NCBI GenBank assembly: GCA_016930515.1 | Contig: JAFGGO010000103.1 | Coordinates: 1 to 23,216 of the forward strand | Direction: 5' to 3' | Length of the DNA: 23,216 nt | From: Promethearchaeota archaeon | GTDB taxonomy: Archaea > Asgardarchaeota > Lokiarchaeia > Sigyniarchaeales > SOKP01 | Shown here: positions 1-9,763 of the stretch, one piece after another | Numbering within the stretch: the first letter of the stretch is position 1 | How the letters are laid out: each line of letters starts with the position of its first letter | Position numbers and translations under genes: made by a program | Notes under the pieces: model-generated | The model's input: only the letters and a program-made list of their open reading frames with translations | Database searches by the model: none | Told to the model about the DNA's origin: nothing

Positions 1-131
1 ATTGTTCATCTTGCTGAAAATATAACGAAATTTGAAACAAAATTGAGATTAAATCTATAGAATCTAGAGCTAAGATTCAAAAGTGAAACTCAATTATAAA
101 TTGATAAAGGCTTTTAAAAAACTGGATTGTT

Positions 132-686
132 ATGGATGTTAAAAGTGTCATAGAAAAACGTAGAGCTTATCGTTCATTAGATCCCATTGATATCTCTGAC
201 GATACGATCAAGGATCTTTTAGAAGTAGCACGAATAGCACCATCGTGCATGAACAAGCAACCATGGAGGTTAGTGTTTGTTCGAGATAAGATGATACTTA
301 GTCGTTTATTTGATTGTTTATCCTCTGGGAATAATTGGGCAAAAAAAGCTTCGATGATTATCGGAGTTGTGAGCAAACCAGATTATGATTGTGTGATCGG
401 AGAGAGAATGTATTACTTATTGGATGTTGGAATGGCCACGGCTTTTATTCTACTTCGCGCAACCGAGTTAGGATTAGTAGCACACCCGATAGCGGGATAT
501 AACGAGGAAAAAGCCAAGGTGGCATTGAATATTCCGCAAGAAATGAGACTGATAACCTTGGTAATCATTGGAAAGCATTCAAAAGAAATCAATCCTGAAT
601 TATCAGAATCCATGAAATTGGGCGAAAAAAATCGTCCGCCTCGCGTTCCACTCAAGGAGATTGGATTTATGGATCGGTTTGATTAA
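132..686 (+). CDS. Nitroreductase family flavoprotein (FMN-dependent)
   Basis: 184 aa; N-terminal KRRAYRS, APSCMNKQPWR motif, DVGMAT...LRATELGL pattern typical of the nitroreductase fold. Confidence 0.92.
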   Translation: MDVKSVIEKRRAYRSLDPIDISDDTIKDLLEVARIAPSCMNKQPWRLVFVRDKMILSRLFDCLSSGNNWAKKASMIIGVVSKPDYDCVIGERMYYLLDVGMATAFILLRATELGLVAHPIAGYNEEKAKVALNIPQEMRLITLVIIGKHSKEINPELSESMKLGEKNRPPRVPLKEIGFMDRFD

Positions 687-849
687 AGCAGCAATAAAAG
701 TATTCTCCAATAAAATTAGATTTGTTTTTATTAAAAATCAATATTTTAAAACATTTTATTGAATCCAATCTACATTTAATAATCTATTGTTTATTTTTCT
801 CTAGCTTTTTTAACGAAATTCTTAAAATAAGAGCCTTTCCAATATTTCT

Positions 850-2949
850 ATGATGGATAATATAAAAAACATGCTAGGGGATCAATTAAGCCCTTATCTG
901 ATCCAACACGCTAAAAATCCCGTGAACTGGTATCCATGGTCTGAAGAGGCGTTTATAAAAGCCAAGAGGGAAGATAAGCCGATATTTCTTTCTATTGGGT
1001 ATTCTACTTGCCATTGGTGCCACGTTATGGCACACGAGTCGTTTGAAGATCTTGAAGTTGCCCAACTGTTAAACGAATCGTTCATTTCGATTAAAGTGGA
1101 TAGGGAAGAACGCCCTGACATAGACGGAGTTTACATGACGGTCTGTCAATTAATGACAGGATCGGGGGGATGGCCACTTACCATCTTGATGACTCCCGAT
1201 AAAAAACCGTTCTTTGCAGGAACCTATTTTCCTAAAGAAACTCGATTTGGTAAAATAGGATTAATAGAATTGCTTGAAAGAGTAAAAACGATGTGGAAAA
1301 TTCAAAAAGATGAATTGCTTTATTCTGCTGACCAAATTTCGACCGCTCTCCAAAACATCGATCAGGAATCTCCTGGGGCTCTCTTGGACAAGAAAACCTT
1401 AGAAAAAGCTTTCGAGGAATTACAATCGAGATTTGATAAGGATAAAGGTGGTTTTGGAACTCGACCAAAATTTCCAACACCTCATAATTTAATTTTTCTC
1501 TTGCGTTATTGGAAACGTACAGGCGAAAAATCGGCTTTAGAAATGGTTAAAAAAACACTTTTAAGCATGAGGCGGGGAGGAATTTACGACCATGTTGGTT
1601 TTGGAATTCACCGTTATTCAATGGATAATGAATGGTTAGTTCCCCATTTTGAAAAAATGTTGTACGATCAGGCTTTAGTGGCTATTGCGTGCGTTGAAAC
1701 TTTTCAAGCTACTGAAATGGAGGAATTTAAAACTATGGCGGAAGAAATATTTACTTATCTTAGAAGAGACATGACTTCTCCGGAAGGTGGCTTTTATTCT
1801 GCAGAAGACGCAGATAGCGAAGGTGAGGAAGGCAAGTTCTATCTTTGGAAAAAAGAAGAGCTTCAAGAGGTATTAAACGAGGAGCAAGCCAAGCTTTTAA
1901 TAATGGCTTATAATATTGAACAGGACGGGAATTATTTTGAAGAATCGACGGGACAGAAAACAAAACTAAATATTTTACATCTTAAAGAAAATTTTTCAGA
2001 TATCGCCTGGAAAGCAAGTATTTCTGAATTAGAACTTACAAATCAACTTGAAAAGGCTAGAAAAATTTTACTAAAGCATCGCTCGAAGCGCGTTCGTCCA
2101 CATAAGGACGATAAAATCCTTACTGATTGGAACGGATTAGTAATTGCTGCCTTATCTAAAGGATATCAATCAACTAATAATGTTAATTTATTGAAAATGG
2201 CCAAGGATGCCACAGACTTCGTGCTCTTATACTTGAAAAAAGCAAACGGGAGGCTCTTGCACGCTTACAGGGACGGGAAAGCTTCCTTAGACGGATTTTT
2301 AACGGATTATTCATTTTTTATATGGGGATTAATCGAACTTTACGAAGCTACCTTTAATGTGTTTTATTTGAAAACTGCCTTGGATCTTCAAGAAATGCAA
2401 ATAATAGATTTTTGGGACGATAATATAGGAGGGTTTTATTTAACTGCAAAGTACTCTGAAGAGCTTCTAACCAGACAAAAAGATTTATACGATGGAGCAC
2501 TCCCTTCGGGAAATTCAATTGCATTCTTAAATTTATTAAGGTTAAGTTATTTAACTGGAAACCACGAGCTCGAAAAGAAAGCAGATATCTTGAGTAGAGT
2601 ATTTACTGAAGGCATCTTAAAACATCCTAGTTCATATACTCAGATGTTAATTGGCGTTGATTTTATGATAGGACCTACCTTTTCCGTGGTGATTGCTGGA
2701 GATAAAAACGCTCCTGATACTCAACAGCTGGTCAATTATATTCGTGTAAAATACATTCCTAATAAAACATTTATCCTTCGAAACACGGAAAATCATCCCC
2801 CTGAAATTGATGCCTATACAGATTTCCTTAAATATTTCGATAAAAGCGATGATAAAGCTACGGCTTACGTCTGCGCTAATCAGACATGTAAGCCAGCTAC
2901 TCGAGATGTTGGCAAATTACTTGAATTGTTGGACTCAAAATGGTCATAA
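850..2949 (+). CDS. YyaL/SSP411-family protein (thioredoxin-like domain plus (alpha/alpha)6 barrel)
   Basis: 699 aa; [26 protein letters not shown] (CxxC), [52 protein letters not shown] motifs. Confidence 0.93.
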   Translation: MMDNIKNMLGDQLSPYLIQHAKNPVNWYPWSEEAFIKAKREDKPIFLSIGYSTCHWCHVMAHESFEDLEVAQLLNESFISIKVDREERPDIDGVYMTVCQLMTGSGGWPLTILMTPDKKPFFAGTYFPKETRFGKIGLIELLERVKTMWKIQKDELLYSADQISTALQNIDQESPGALLDKKTLEKAFEELQSRFDKDKGGFGTRPKFPTPHNLIFLLRYWKRTGEKSALEMVKKTLLSMRRGGIYDHVGFGIHRYSMDNEWLVPHFEKMLYDQALVAIACVETFQATEMEEFKTMAEEIFTYLRRDMTSPEGGFYSAEDADSEGEEGKFYLWKKEELQEVLNEEQAKLLIMAYNIEQDGNYFEESTGQKTKLNILHLKENFSDIAWKASISELELTNQLEKARKILLKHRSKRVRPHKDDKILTDWNGLVIAALSKGYQSTNNVNLLKMAKDATDFVLLYLKKANGRLLHAYRDGKASLDGFLTDYSFFIWGLIELYEATFNVFYLKTALDLQEMQIIDFWDDNIGGFYLTAKYSEELLTRQKDLYDGALPSGNSIAFLNLLRLSYLTGNHELEKKADILSRVFTEGILKHPSSYTQMLIGVDFMIGPTFSVVIAGDKNAPDTQQLVNYIRVKYIPNKTFILRNTENHPPEIDAYTDFLKYFDKSDDKATAYVCANQTCKPATRDVGKLLELLDSKWS

Positions 2950-3008
2950 CATTAATTAAATGATCTTTTACAATTTCAATATTTTTTATTGATATAATAG
3001 ATGGTACT

Positions 3009-3170
3009 ATGGCAAAATTAAAATGTTTAATCTGCCGAAAAAAAAAAAATATTCTAAAATGTTGCAACGAATCAATGGTACTCAAGGACGAGCTACTATG
3101 TTGTTGTAATGATAGATGTCATTACCAAAACATTCCCGAATGTTGTGGACAAACAATGATTTACATCTAA
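3009..3170 (+). CDS. Small Cys-rich metal-binding protein (53 aa), tandem desulforedoxin-like motifs
   Basis: Hand translation (not in ORF track): MAKLKCLICRKKKNILKCCNESMVLKDELLCCCNDRCHYQNIPECCGQTMIYI; 10 Cys; two CC-x3-M motifs; fits exactly in the intergenic gap. Confidence 0.75.
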   Translation: MAKLKCLICRKKKNILKCCNESMVLKDELLCCCNDRCHYQNIPECCGQTMIYI

Positions 3171-3208
3171 ACTATTAATCTTCAAAGTCTCTTGCTTAAT
3201 TTTCTATA

Positions 3209-3784
3209 TTAACCTGTAATATCAAATTCTAAATATACTAAATTTGACGAGATTTCTTTCTTCTGGTTTTTTAATTCGAATTCGAAGTTTGTTTGAAAAT
3301 AATGTTCAATGATGCGGGTGAACAACTCCGAAAAATATTCATCTAAGTCGTGCAATCCTTTAATTACTAGTGTATTATTATTTAGTGTAAAATCAATGCT
3401 ATTGAACCATTTCAAACCGCCAGCGCCTAAAAATTTAATTATGTTTCTAGAATAACTGGGAAAGTGTTCGCTGTCCATCGGTTTTGACACATCAAATCGC
3501 GTCATGTCGGCAAGTAAGTTAGACATTTCGCTAACGATATTGTCAAGAAGCTCTTCGTCTGCTTGGGAGAGAAGTCTAAAAAATGTCCATTTTGTGATAA
3601 TGATCATGTTGTTTGTTTTCCTAAACGATTCAAGCGTTAACCAATTCTTAACGGCTTGTTTAGCGATTAATCCTCTGGATTTGTTTTCTATTTTTGCTAC
3701 TTGATCTAGCTTTTCTATATCTTTATGTGAAAGTCTAAATCCAAGAAAATTATTTCGTTTTTTTATTTCTCCTTTAGGCGACAT
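3209..3784 (-). CDS. Ribbon-helix-helix (CopG/MetJ-like) DNA-binding protein with an uncharacterised C-terminal domain
   Basis: N-terminal FLGFRLSHKDIEKLDQVAKIENKSRGLIAKQAVKNWL matches the RHH beta-alpha-alpha pattern; ATG at 3784 preferred over TTG at 3790. Confidence 0.7.
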   Translation of the reverse strand: MSPKGEIKKRNNFLGFRLSHKDIEKLDQVAKIENKSRGLIAKQAVKNWLTLESFRKTNNMIIITKWTFFRLLSQADEELLDNIVSEMSNLLADMTRFDVSKPMDSEHFPSYSRNIIKFLGAGGLKWFNSIDFTLNNNTLVIKGLHDLDEYFSELFTRIIEHYFQTNFEFELKNQKKEISSNLVYLEFDITG

Positions 3785-3864
3785 TCTCAAGTACTTAAAA
3801 AAAGATTTTAAATATAATATGTTTTCATTGTTTTTAAAGTTATCATGTCGATCAATTGAAAATG

Positions 3865-3894
3865 TTTTTATACTTTGATTACAATTATAACCAA
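3865..3894 (+). promoter_or_regulatory. Putative TATA box (TTTTTATA, 3865-3872) followed by an imperfect 20-bp palindrome TTGATTACAA|TTATAACCAA (3875-3894), candidate operator
   Basis: Palindrome matches its reverse complement at 16/20 positions; lies in the divergent region between the RHH gene and the peptide gene. Confidence 0.35.
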
Positions 3895-3948
3895 TAACTA
3901 CATCAAAAAAAATAAAAAAACTCTTTAAAAATTAAGGAGGAATAAATC

Positions 3949-4098
3949 ATGAAAGTAGAAATCTTTGGTCCCAAGAAAGGAAAAGGAGAGGACGACGATT
4001 ACGACGATGAAGATTGGGATGACGATGAAGACGATGATTGGGACGACGATGAAGACGATGATTGGGACGACGATGGCGATTGGGAAGAGGATATGTAA
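3949..4098 (+). CDS. Small hyperacidic Asp/Trp-repeat peptide (49 aa)
   Basis: Hand translation: MKVEIFGPKKGKGEDDDYDDEDWDDDEDDDWDDDEDDDWDDDGDWEEDM; strong RBS AAGGAGG at 3934-3940, 8 nt before ATG; synonymous GAT/GAC variation between repeats; T-run at about 4138-4146 downstream. Confidence 0.85.
   Translation: MKVEIFGPKKGKGEDDDYDDEDWDDDEDDDWDDDEDDDWDDDGDWEEDM
4012..4074 (+). repeat. 24-bp coding tandem repeat GATTGGGAYGACGATGAAGACGAT (about 2.6 copies; DWDDDEDD)
   Basis: Units at 4012-4035, 4036-4059 and partial 4060-4074. Confidence 0.9.
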
Positions 4099-4184
4099 GA
4101 AATAATTTCTTAACCGTGTCACATTGTAAATATAAGGTTTTTTTTTCAAATAATTAAATCCAATTAAAAATATCCAAACCAATT

Positions 4185-6155
4185 TTGGTAGAGGAAAAAA
4201 ATAATATAATGAAAACAATCCCAAAAATAGAAGCTAAAAATGGTAAGAATAAATTAAATGCCGCTGAACCCGAAAAAGCAACTAAATGTTTGGGGCCAGT
4301 TCTTAACTTAGAAGAATATGTCCGTAGAGACTGGTGGAACCACATCTTTAACTCTTATTATCTTAAAACGGACGGGGATGTTGTCAACGATAAAAATATT
4401 ACTTCTTCAGAGGTTGATCTTTTTTCCGACATTCTCAAATTACAACCAGATCAAGAGATATTAGACTTATGTTGTGGGCAAGGAAGACATTCTTTAGAGC
4501 TCGCAAGGAGAGGATTTAATCGCGTCAATGGTCTTGATAAATCTCGATATCTCATTCAAAGAGCTAAGCGTGTTGCGAAAAAAGAATTCTTACCTGTTGA
4601 TTATCGTATTGGGGATGCTCGAAAACTCCCATACGAAACAGACCGCTTTGATGTGGTGTTTATTTTAGGAAACAGTTTCGGTTATTTTGATACTATTAAC
4701 GACGATCTTCGTGTCTTAAGAGAGGTTAAACGAACGCTTAAACCTTGGGGTCGGATCTTAATCGATCTAACCGATGGGGAATATTTAAAAAAGAATTTCC
4801 AACCCCGTTCATGGGAATGGATAGATAAAAATCATTTTGTCTGTAGAGAAAGATCTTTATCTATAGATAAGCAGAAATTAATTTCGAGAGAAGTCATCAA
4901 TCATGTGAATGAGGGTGTCTTGGTGGACCAATTTTATTCCGAAAGGCTTTATTCGAGGAATAAGATATCAGAATTGTTGATTAAAGCTGGCTTTACCGAT
5001 GTAATATTTCATCAAGAAATATCCCCCAATTCTACGAGAAACCAAGATTTAGGAATGATGGAGAGGCGTTTAATTATTAGCGCACGCGTGAGAAAGCAAT
5101 GGAAACAAAAACACCATAAAATAGTGAAATCTCCAAAGACAGTTGCCGTCATATTAGGAGATCCTAAAAAACCAGATATCTTAAAACCGTCTAGCGTCTT
5201 TGACGACGACGATTTCTTTACCATTGATAAGCTTAAAGAAGCTTTAATTGAATTAGAAGATAAGGAATTCATATATCTTAACAATCACGACACGCTTATT
5301 GCCGACCTTACGAAATTGAAAGGTAAAATCGATTATGCTTTTAACCTATGCGACGAGGGATACAACAATCACGCCAGGCAAGAGTTGCATGTTCCTGCTT
5401 TGTTAGATCTTCTCAAAATTCCTTATACGGGTTCTGGTCCCCAGTGCTTGGCGTTTTGCTACGATAAATCGTTAGTTAGGGGGATCGCTAAAGAAATGGA
5501 CATTCCTGTCCCTGAAGCTATCTTCATTAAACCCGGAGATACTGTTTTTGATCTTCCGTTATACTTTCCTGCACTCGTTAAACCAAACTTTGGAGATTCG
5601 AGCTTCGGTATAACGCAAGATTGCGTGGTCAATAATGGAGAAGAGTTACTTAACGCTATTTCAAAAATTCGCGAAACTTTTGGATACACATATCCAATTC
5701 TAGTTGAACAATTTCTCACGGGAAAAGATTTAACTCTAGGAGTAATCGGTAATCCTCCAGGAAATCACATTGTCCTTCCAATTGCGGAAGAAGATTATTC
5801 TGATTTACCTCCTGGTTTGCCAAAAATTTGTGGATACGAGGCAAAATGGCTTCCCGAATCACCCTATTGGAATTTAAAATCGATTCCCGCAGTATTACCA
5901 GACAAAACGATAGAAATTATCGAGTCTTGCAGTTTAAAATTGTTTGAAAGGTTGGAATGTCGCGATTACGCTCGTTTTGATTGGAGATTAGACGCTGAAG
6001 GCAATCCAAAACTGCTTGAAGTAAATCCCAATCCTGGTTGGTGTTGGGACGGACACCTCGCAAAAATGGCTAAATTTATGGGCCTTTCGTATAATGAAAT
6101 GCTTAAAGAAATACTGAAAGCGACTGAGAGTAGAATATCAAGTAGTTTACCCTAA
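4185..6155 (+). CDS. Fusion of a class I SAM-dependent methyltransferase and a D-Ala-D-Ala-ligase-like ATP-grasp domain
   Basis: N-half ILDLCCGQGRH, GLDKS, GDARKLP, LKPWGRILID; C-half PYTGSG, YDKS, VKPNFGDSSFGI, LVEQFLTG, YARFDWR, EVNPNPG; start could be ATG at 4209. Confidence 0.88.
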   Translation: MVEEKNNIMKTIPKIEAKNGKNKLNAAEPEKATKCLGPVLNLEEYVRRDWWNHIFNSYYLKTDGDVVNDKNITSSEVDLFSDILKLQPDQEILDLCCGQGRHSLELARRGFNRVNGLDKSRYLIQRAKRVAKKEFLPVDYRIGDARKLPYETDRFDVVFILGNSFGYFDTINDDLRVLREVKRTLKPWGRILIDLTDGEYLKKNFQPRSWEWIDKNHFVCRERSLSIDKQKLISREVINHVNEGVLVDQFYSERLYSRNKISELLIKAGFTDVIFHQEISPNSTRNQDLGMMERRLIISARVRKQWKQKHHKIVKSPKTVAVILGDPKKPDILKPSSVFDDDDFFTIDKLKEALIELEDKEFIYLNNHDTLIADLTKLKGKIDYAFNLCDEGYNNHARQELHVPALLDLLKIPYTGSGPQCLAFCYDKSLVRGIAKEMDIPVPEAIFIKPGDTVFDLPLYFPALVKPNFGDSSFGITQDCVVNNGEELLNAISKIRETFGYTYPILVEQFLTGKDLTLGVIGNPPGNHIVLPIAEEDYSDLPPGLPKICGYEAKWLPESPYWNLKSIPAVLPDKTIEIIESCSLKLFERLECRDYARFDWRLDAEGNPKLLEVNPNPGWCWDGHLAKMAKFMGLSYNEMLKEILKATESRISSSLP

Positions 6156-6844
6156 TTTTTATTTAATACTTTTATCTTTTATTCTTTTCCTATAATTATA
6201 TTTTTATTATTTATTTTTTATTATAGAATCCTGATGATTTCTAACGAATCACTTGTTATCTTTATTATCAAAGGATATCGAACAAAAGCATTGTTAAACT
6301 GATTAGTACTGGCTTTAATCTCTCCTTATATCCGTAATAATCTTCTACAGATGAATATTTTCCGTAAAATCCCGTGGAAGATCTACCTATTTTGATATTA
6401 GAATTTTATTCAGAAAATGTGTGTCAAAAAGCGTTTTAAATGGAAAATATCCAACATAAAACCAAAAAGATTTATTAATATGTATTTTTATTTAGTATAT
6501 AGAAAAGAAATGATGATGTGTAATGCAAAATATCGCGCGTGTTCAATTTTCTCAAAAAATAATTTATTTAGCGGACCGCATCAAATTCATATCAAAAATA
6601 TTTGCTCTTTTATCGCATTTAAAAGGCTTTACTTGATATATTACAGAATTACAGTAATTTAATAGCGTTCTTCTTTCGATGAATTTCCCTTTCGATATAA
6701 GAGTAAGAACTGGTAAAATTACCATCTTTTGTTAGCGTTAACAGTCTTAATGGTCTACAAAAGAACCTATTAGAACGCTTAAAACCAAACAAAAATGCTT
6801 AATGAAAAAAAATCAGAATGCAAGTGAAAAATAAGTGATTATCC

Positions 6845-8086
6845 ATGCAAGTTTTTGAAAAAATACGCGTTACAAGCGAGAAATCGGCCCTTAGATCAAA
6901 AAAAGATCAGAATAAAATCTCCTGTTTAAATATAAAAAAGATCTATATCTTTCAATTTCTCATGGGATCGTACATGATCTCTGGAATTATAATCCCGTTC
7001 TTTTTAACATGGGGAAAATTAAATCTTATTGAATTGAGCTTTTTACAAAGTTATTATTTCATATTAGCCTTTATTCTCGAAATACCGTGTGGAATGATCG
7101 CAGATCGCTTGAAAAGAAAATGGATTTTGTTTTTATCAGGGACAGTGAGCGCCGTGGGTGCCTTTATTTATGGAATAATTCCTAATTTAATTCTATTTTT
7201 TGTTGGTGAATCCTTTTTTGCTCTTGGGACCGCTCTAATGTCGGGTTCATGCGAGTCTTTTATATACGATTCTTTAAGAAAGTCAGGAAGAGAAAAAGAA
7301 TTCACCAGGGTATTGGGAAAGGCAGAAAGCTCGTTCTTGATTGGATTTCTCGTGTCGTCGCCAATTGGATCCTTTGTAGGATATTTTATTTCCTTGCCTC
7401 TGGTAATGATCTTGATGGGGGTCCCATACTTCTCCGCTTCCATCGTGTGCTTGTTCTTTAAAGAAACAAAAAACGAACCAAAATCAAAAAAAATAAAGCT
7501 TCTCACTCCAATTAAAGCCAGTCTAAAAAATTTTAAAAAAAATAAAATACTTCGAGCTCTAGTCAAGGACATGCTTCTTTTAGAAATACTAGTGCTCGTG
7601 TTATTCTTAAATTATCAATATTATCTTCACGCTGTATTAAAGGTGCCATTGCTGTATTTTGGTTTTATTGACTCGTCTTTCGTTTTATTAGAAGTTTTTT
7701 TTACGTATTTACTTGCGACTCATAAAAACAAGTTTAAAAACAATAAGGCTTTGTTCTCGTTATTTAGCTTTATCCCAGGAATTTGCTATGTTTTTCTGGG
7801 GATCGTATTTTTCCTTCCCATGAATATTTTATTAATCCTAATTATCGTTGGATTGGGTCTTTCTCGATATGTTATTTTTGCTGATGGGATAAATAAACGA
7901 GTTGAAAAAGAACACAGGGCTACTTCATTGTCGTTAATTAATATGGTCAGGATGTTTTCAAAAGGAATCGTCTTACCGCTATTTGCCTTATTTATTTTAT
8001 GGGATTTAAATTTCACTTTTGTAATGATTGGGGTTATCATCATAATAATAAGCGTATTTTCGAGAAAAAAGATTAAATACCTTTAA
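6845..8086 (+). CDS. MFS transporter
   Basis: 413 aa, roughly 11-12 hydrophobic segments; EIPCGMIADRLKRK MFS motif A; SGSCESFIYDSL; RATSLS. Confidence 0.9.
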   Translation: MQVFEKIRVTSEKSALRSKKDQNKISCLNIKKIYIFQFLMGSYMISGIIIPFFLTWGKLNLIELSFLQSYYFILAFILEIPCGMIADRLKRKWILFLSGTVSAVGAFIYGIIPNLILFFVGESFFALGTALMSGSCESFIYDSLRKSGREKEFTRVLGKAESSFLIGFLVSSPIGSFVGYFISLPLVMILMGVPYFSASIVCLFFKETKNEPKSKKIKLLTPIKASLKNFKKNKILRALVKDMLLLEILVLVLFLNYQYYLHAVLKVPLLYFGFIDSSFVLLEVFFTYLLATHKNKFKNNKALFSLFSFIPGICYVFLGIVFFLPMNILLILIIVGLGLSRYVIFADGINKRVEKEHRATSLSLINMVRMFSKGIVLPLFALFILWDLNFTFVMIGVIIIIISVFSRKKIKYL

Positions 8087-8122
8087 TCGTGATAAATTTT
8101 TTTATTCGAAGCTAGTTATTTA

Positions 8123-9763
8123 TCAATTATTATTTTGTAAAACATATAAAGGCCATTTCTTTAAAATTCCCTTCGGAAGCAAGCCATCGCGTACTTGGAC
8201 TAATATTTTCGGTCTGGGGACCAAAAAATCAACTGGTACATCGTCGATAGGTCTCAACAGGATTTCATTTTTTTCAATTAATTCTGCAAGAGCCTTTTCT
8301 TCGAGGCATCCAGAAAGCTTCTTTTTATTATCGTTGTTAAATTCCATAATTACATCCCGTGTTGAGAAAAAAAGTTCGGGCTTAAAATTATCATCTCTTC
8401 CTCTCGTAATTAACATGGAATCGCCTTCTAAATGCGCAATTTTCTTCAAGCACTCTAAAAGGTTTTTAGGGTTATTAATCTCAAAACCTGGAAAAGAAAA
8501 ATAATGCCCAACGCTTAGTTCAAAGTTAGAGTTCGTTTTTATTTTAGGAGAAATCTTTATTGGATATCTGAGCTTGAACTCGTTTCGAACGATGGTTCCT
8601 TCAATAATGGGCAATCCATTTGAATTCGGTTTGATGAATATGATGTCTCCCATATCTATGTTAAACCTTGGTTGCTTGAGGTTTACATACGATACAAGCA
8701 AGTTTCCGTGCATACCATTGCCTTCCGAAATGAAAAATCTTTTACCATTGCTTTCGATCATAGGGACCGTTAAAGGAAAAACGTGCATCCCGTTTTCTCT
8801 AGCAATCTCGCTCGTAAGACTACAGGCGAAAGGTCCTATCTCAGATGCCACATATAGATTAGTAAAGTTTTCTTTCCCCCTATCCCAATTCATGAATCTC
8901 GAGATCGAATTCCATTGAAATTCTGTTAAACCGGAAGTGCTAAATATCAGCCTGCAATCTGAGAGCTTATTTGAGAGTTGTTCCTGAATCGTCCGCGCCC
9001 CTTTGTTCAAACCCTCGCTTCTCAAGAGACGGAAGATATGTGATTCTCTTTCTTGATTTTTATTAACATCAATGCTATCGTTTGATACCTTCGAAAGCCC
9101 CTTTTTGAATCTATCAAGATCCGCCCACCCGAGTATGATGGCCGCAGGAGCCGAAATCACTGAAGGATCTTCGATAGACAGGATCTTGGTAATTATCTCA
9201 ATATCGAACGCATCCTTGTATTCTCTAAGAATGTAATCTTTTGGTTTAACGGCAGAAATTACAACTCTTTGTGAAAATTCCGAGGAATAGAGGGAAATGT
9301 ATTCACTATCGTCTTGGATCTTTATTCCATCCATTGATGTTCTTGAAGGCACGAAGATTATAGCCGAAGTCTGCTCATTTAAACCACTTGATTCAAAAAT
9401 AGCTCGCATTCCCGGAATCCACATATTTTTTATTAAATCCTCGTTCATGTGAAACCATTTTAAGTTGGCGATGCTTGAATCAGTAGTTCCCGATGTGTGA
9501 CAAAAAATCTGAAGTCCTTCTTGAGAAATATTTTTGATGTATTGTTGTCTATCGATTGAAAAATCACGAGATGTTGTCTTAATATTAAATATGTTTTTGA
9601 AAAAATGTTTTTGGTTATTTATACCGGACAATTGGAAGGCTAATTGTTCGTATTCTTCCTTCGATTCGATTTCGAGCCATTCTTTCCAATTAGCGGTTTT
9701 AATTTTGTGAATTTTTCTGTTAAATGCTGCTTGAATTACTGGGTCAAAATCATCGCTTTTCAT
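8123..9763 (-). CDS. Divergent adenylate-forming (ANL-like) enzyme, GH3/LuxE/PaaK-like
   Basis: 546 aa; HTSGTT...LKW phosphate loop, NLYVASEIG (YxxSE motif), MGDII (GD motif). Confidence 0.6.
   Translation of the reverse strand: MKSDDFDPVIQAAFNRKIHKIKTANWKEWLEIESKEEYEQLAFQLSGINNQKHFFKNIFNIKTTSRDFSIDRQQYIKNISQEGLQIFCHTSGTTDSSIANLKWFHMNEDLIKNMWIPGMRAIFESSGLNEQTSAIIFVPSRTSMDGIKIQDDSEYISLYSSEFSQRVVISAVKPKDYILREYKDAFDIEIITKILSIEDPSVISAPAAIILGWADLDRFKKGLSKVSNDSIDVNKNQERESHIFRLLRSEGLNKGARTIQEQLSNKLSDCRLIFSTSGLTEFQWNSISRFMNWDRGKENFTNLYVASEIGPFACSLTSEIARENGMHVFPLTVPMIESNGKRFFISEGNGMHGNLLVSYVNLKQPRFNIDMGDIIFIKPNSNGLPIIEGTIVRNEFKLRYPIKISPKIKTNSNFELSVGHYFSFPGFEINNPKNLLECLKKIAHLEGDSMLITRGRDDNFKPELFFSTRDVIMEFNNDNKKKLSGCLEEKALAELIEKNEILLRPIDDVPVDFLVPRPKILVQVRDGLLPKGILKKWPLYVLQNNN

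Noticed and set aside
2897-3085. 62-aa minus-strand ORF
   Set aside because: Overlaps the YyaL end and the better-supported Cys-rich ORF; no motif
3925-4224. 99-aa minus-strand ORF with IVVPIIVF repeats
   Set aside because: Antisense shadow of the acidic peptide repeat; the plus strand has the RBS, ATG and synonymous variation
4185-6155. Calling this gene ddl (peptidoglycan or vancomycin-resistance ligase)
   Set aside because: Methyltransferase fusion, divergent N-terminal ligase subdomain, no mur/van genes nearby
6156-6844. 690-bp gap, including the 81-aa ORF 6417-6662, as a gene or ncRNA
   Set aside because: AT-rich, no RBS or recognisable motif, only short broken frames, no convincing structure; may be decayed sequence
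7998-8021. Partial similarity of the leader-proximal CRISPR spacer (TATGGGAT...CAC.TTTG) to the MFS gene 3' end
   Set aside because: Only an 8-nt exact core with mismatches and a gap in AT-rich sequence; consistent with chance
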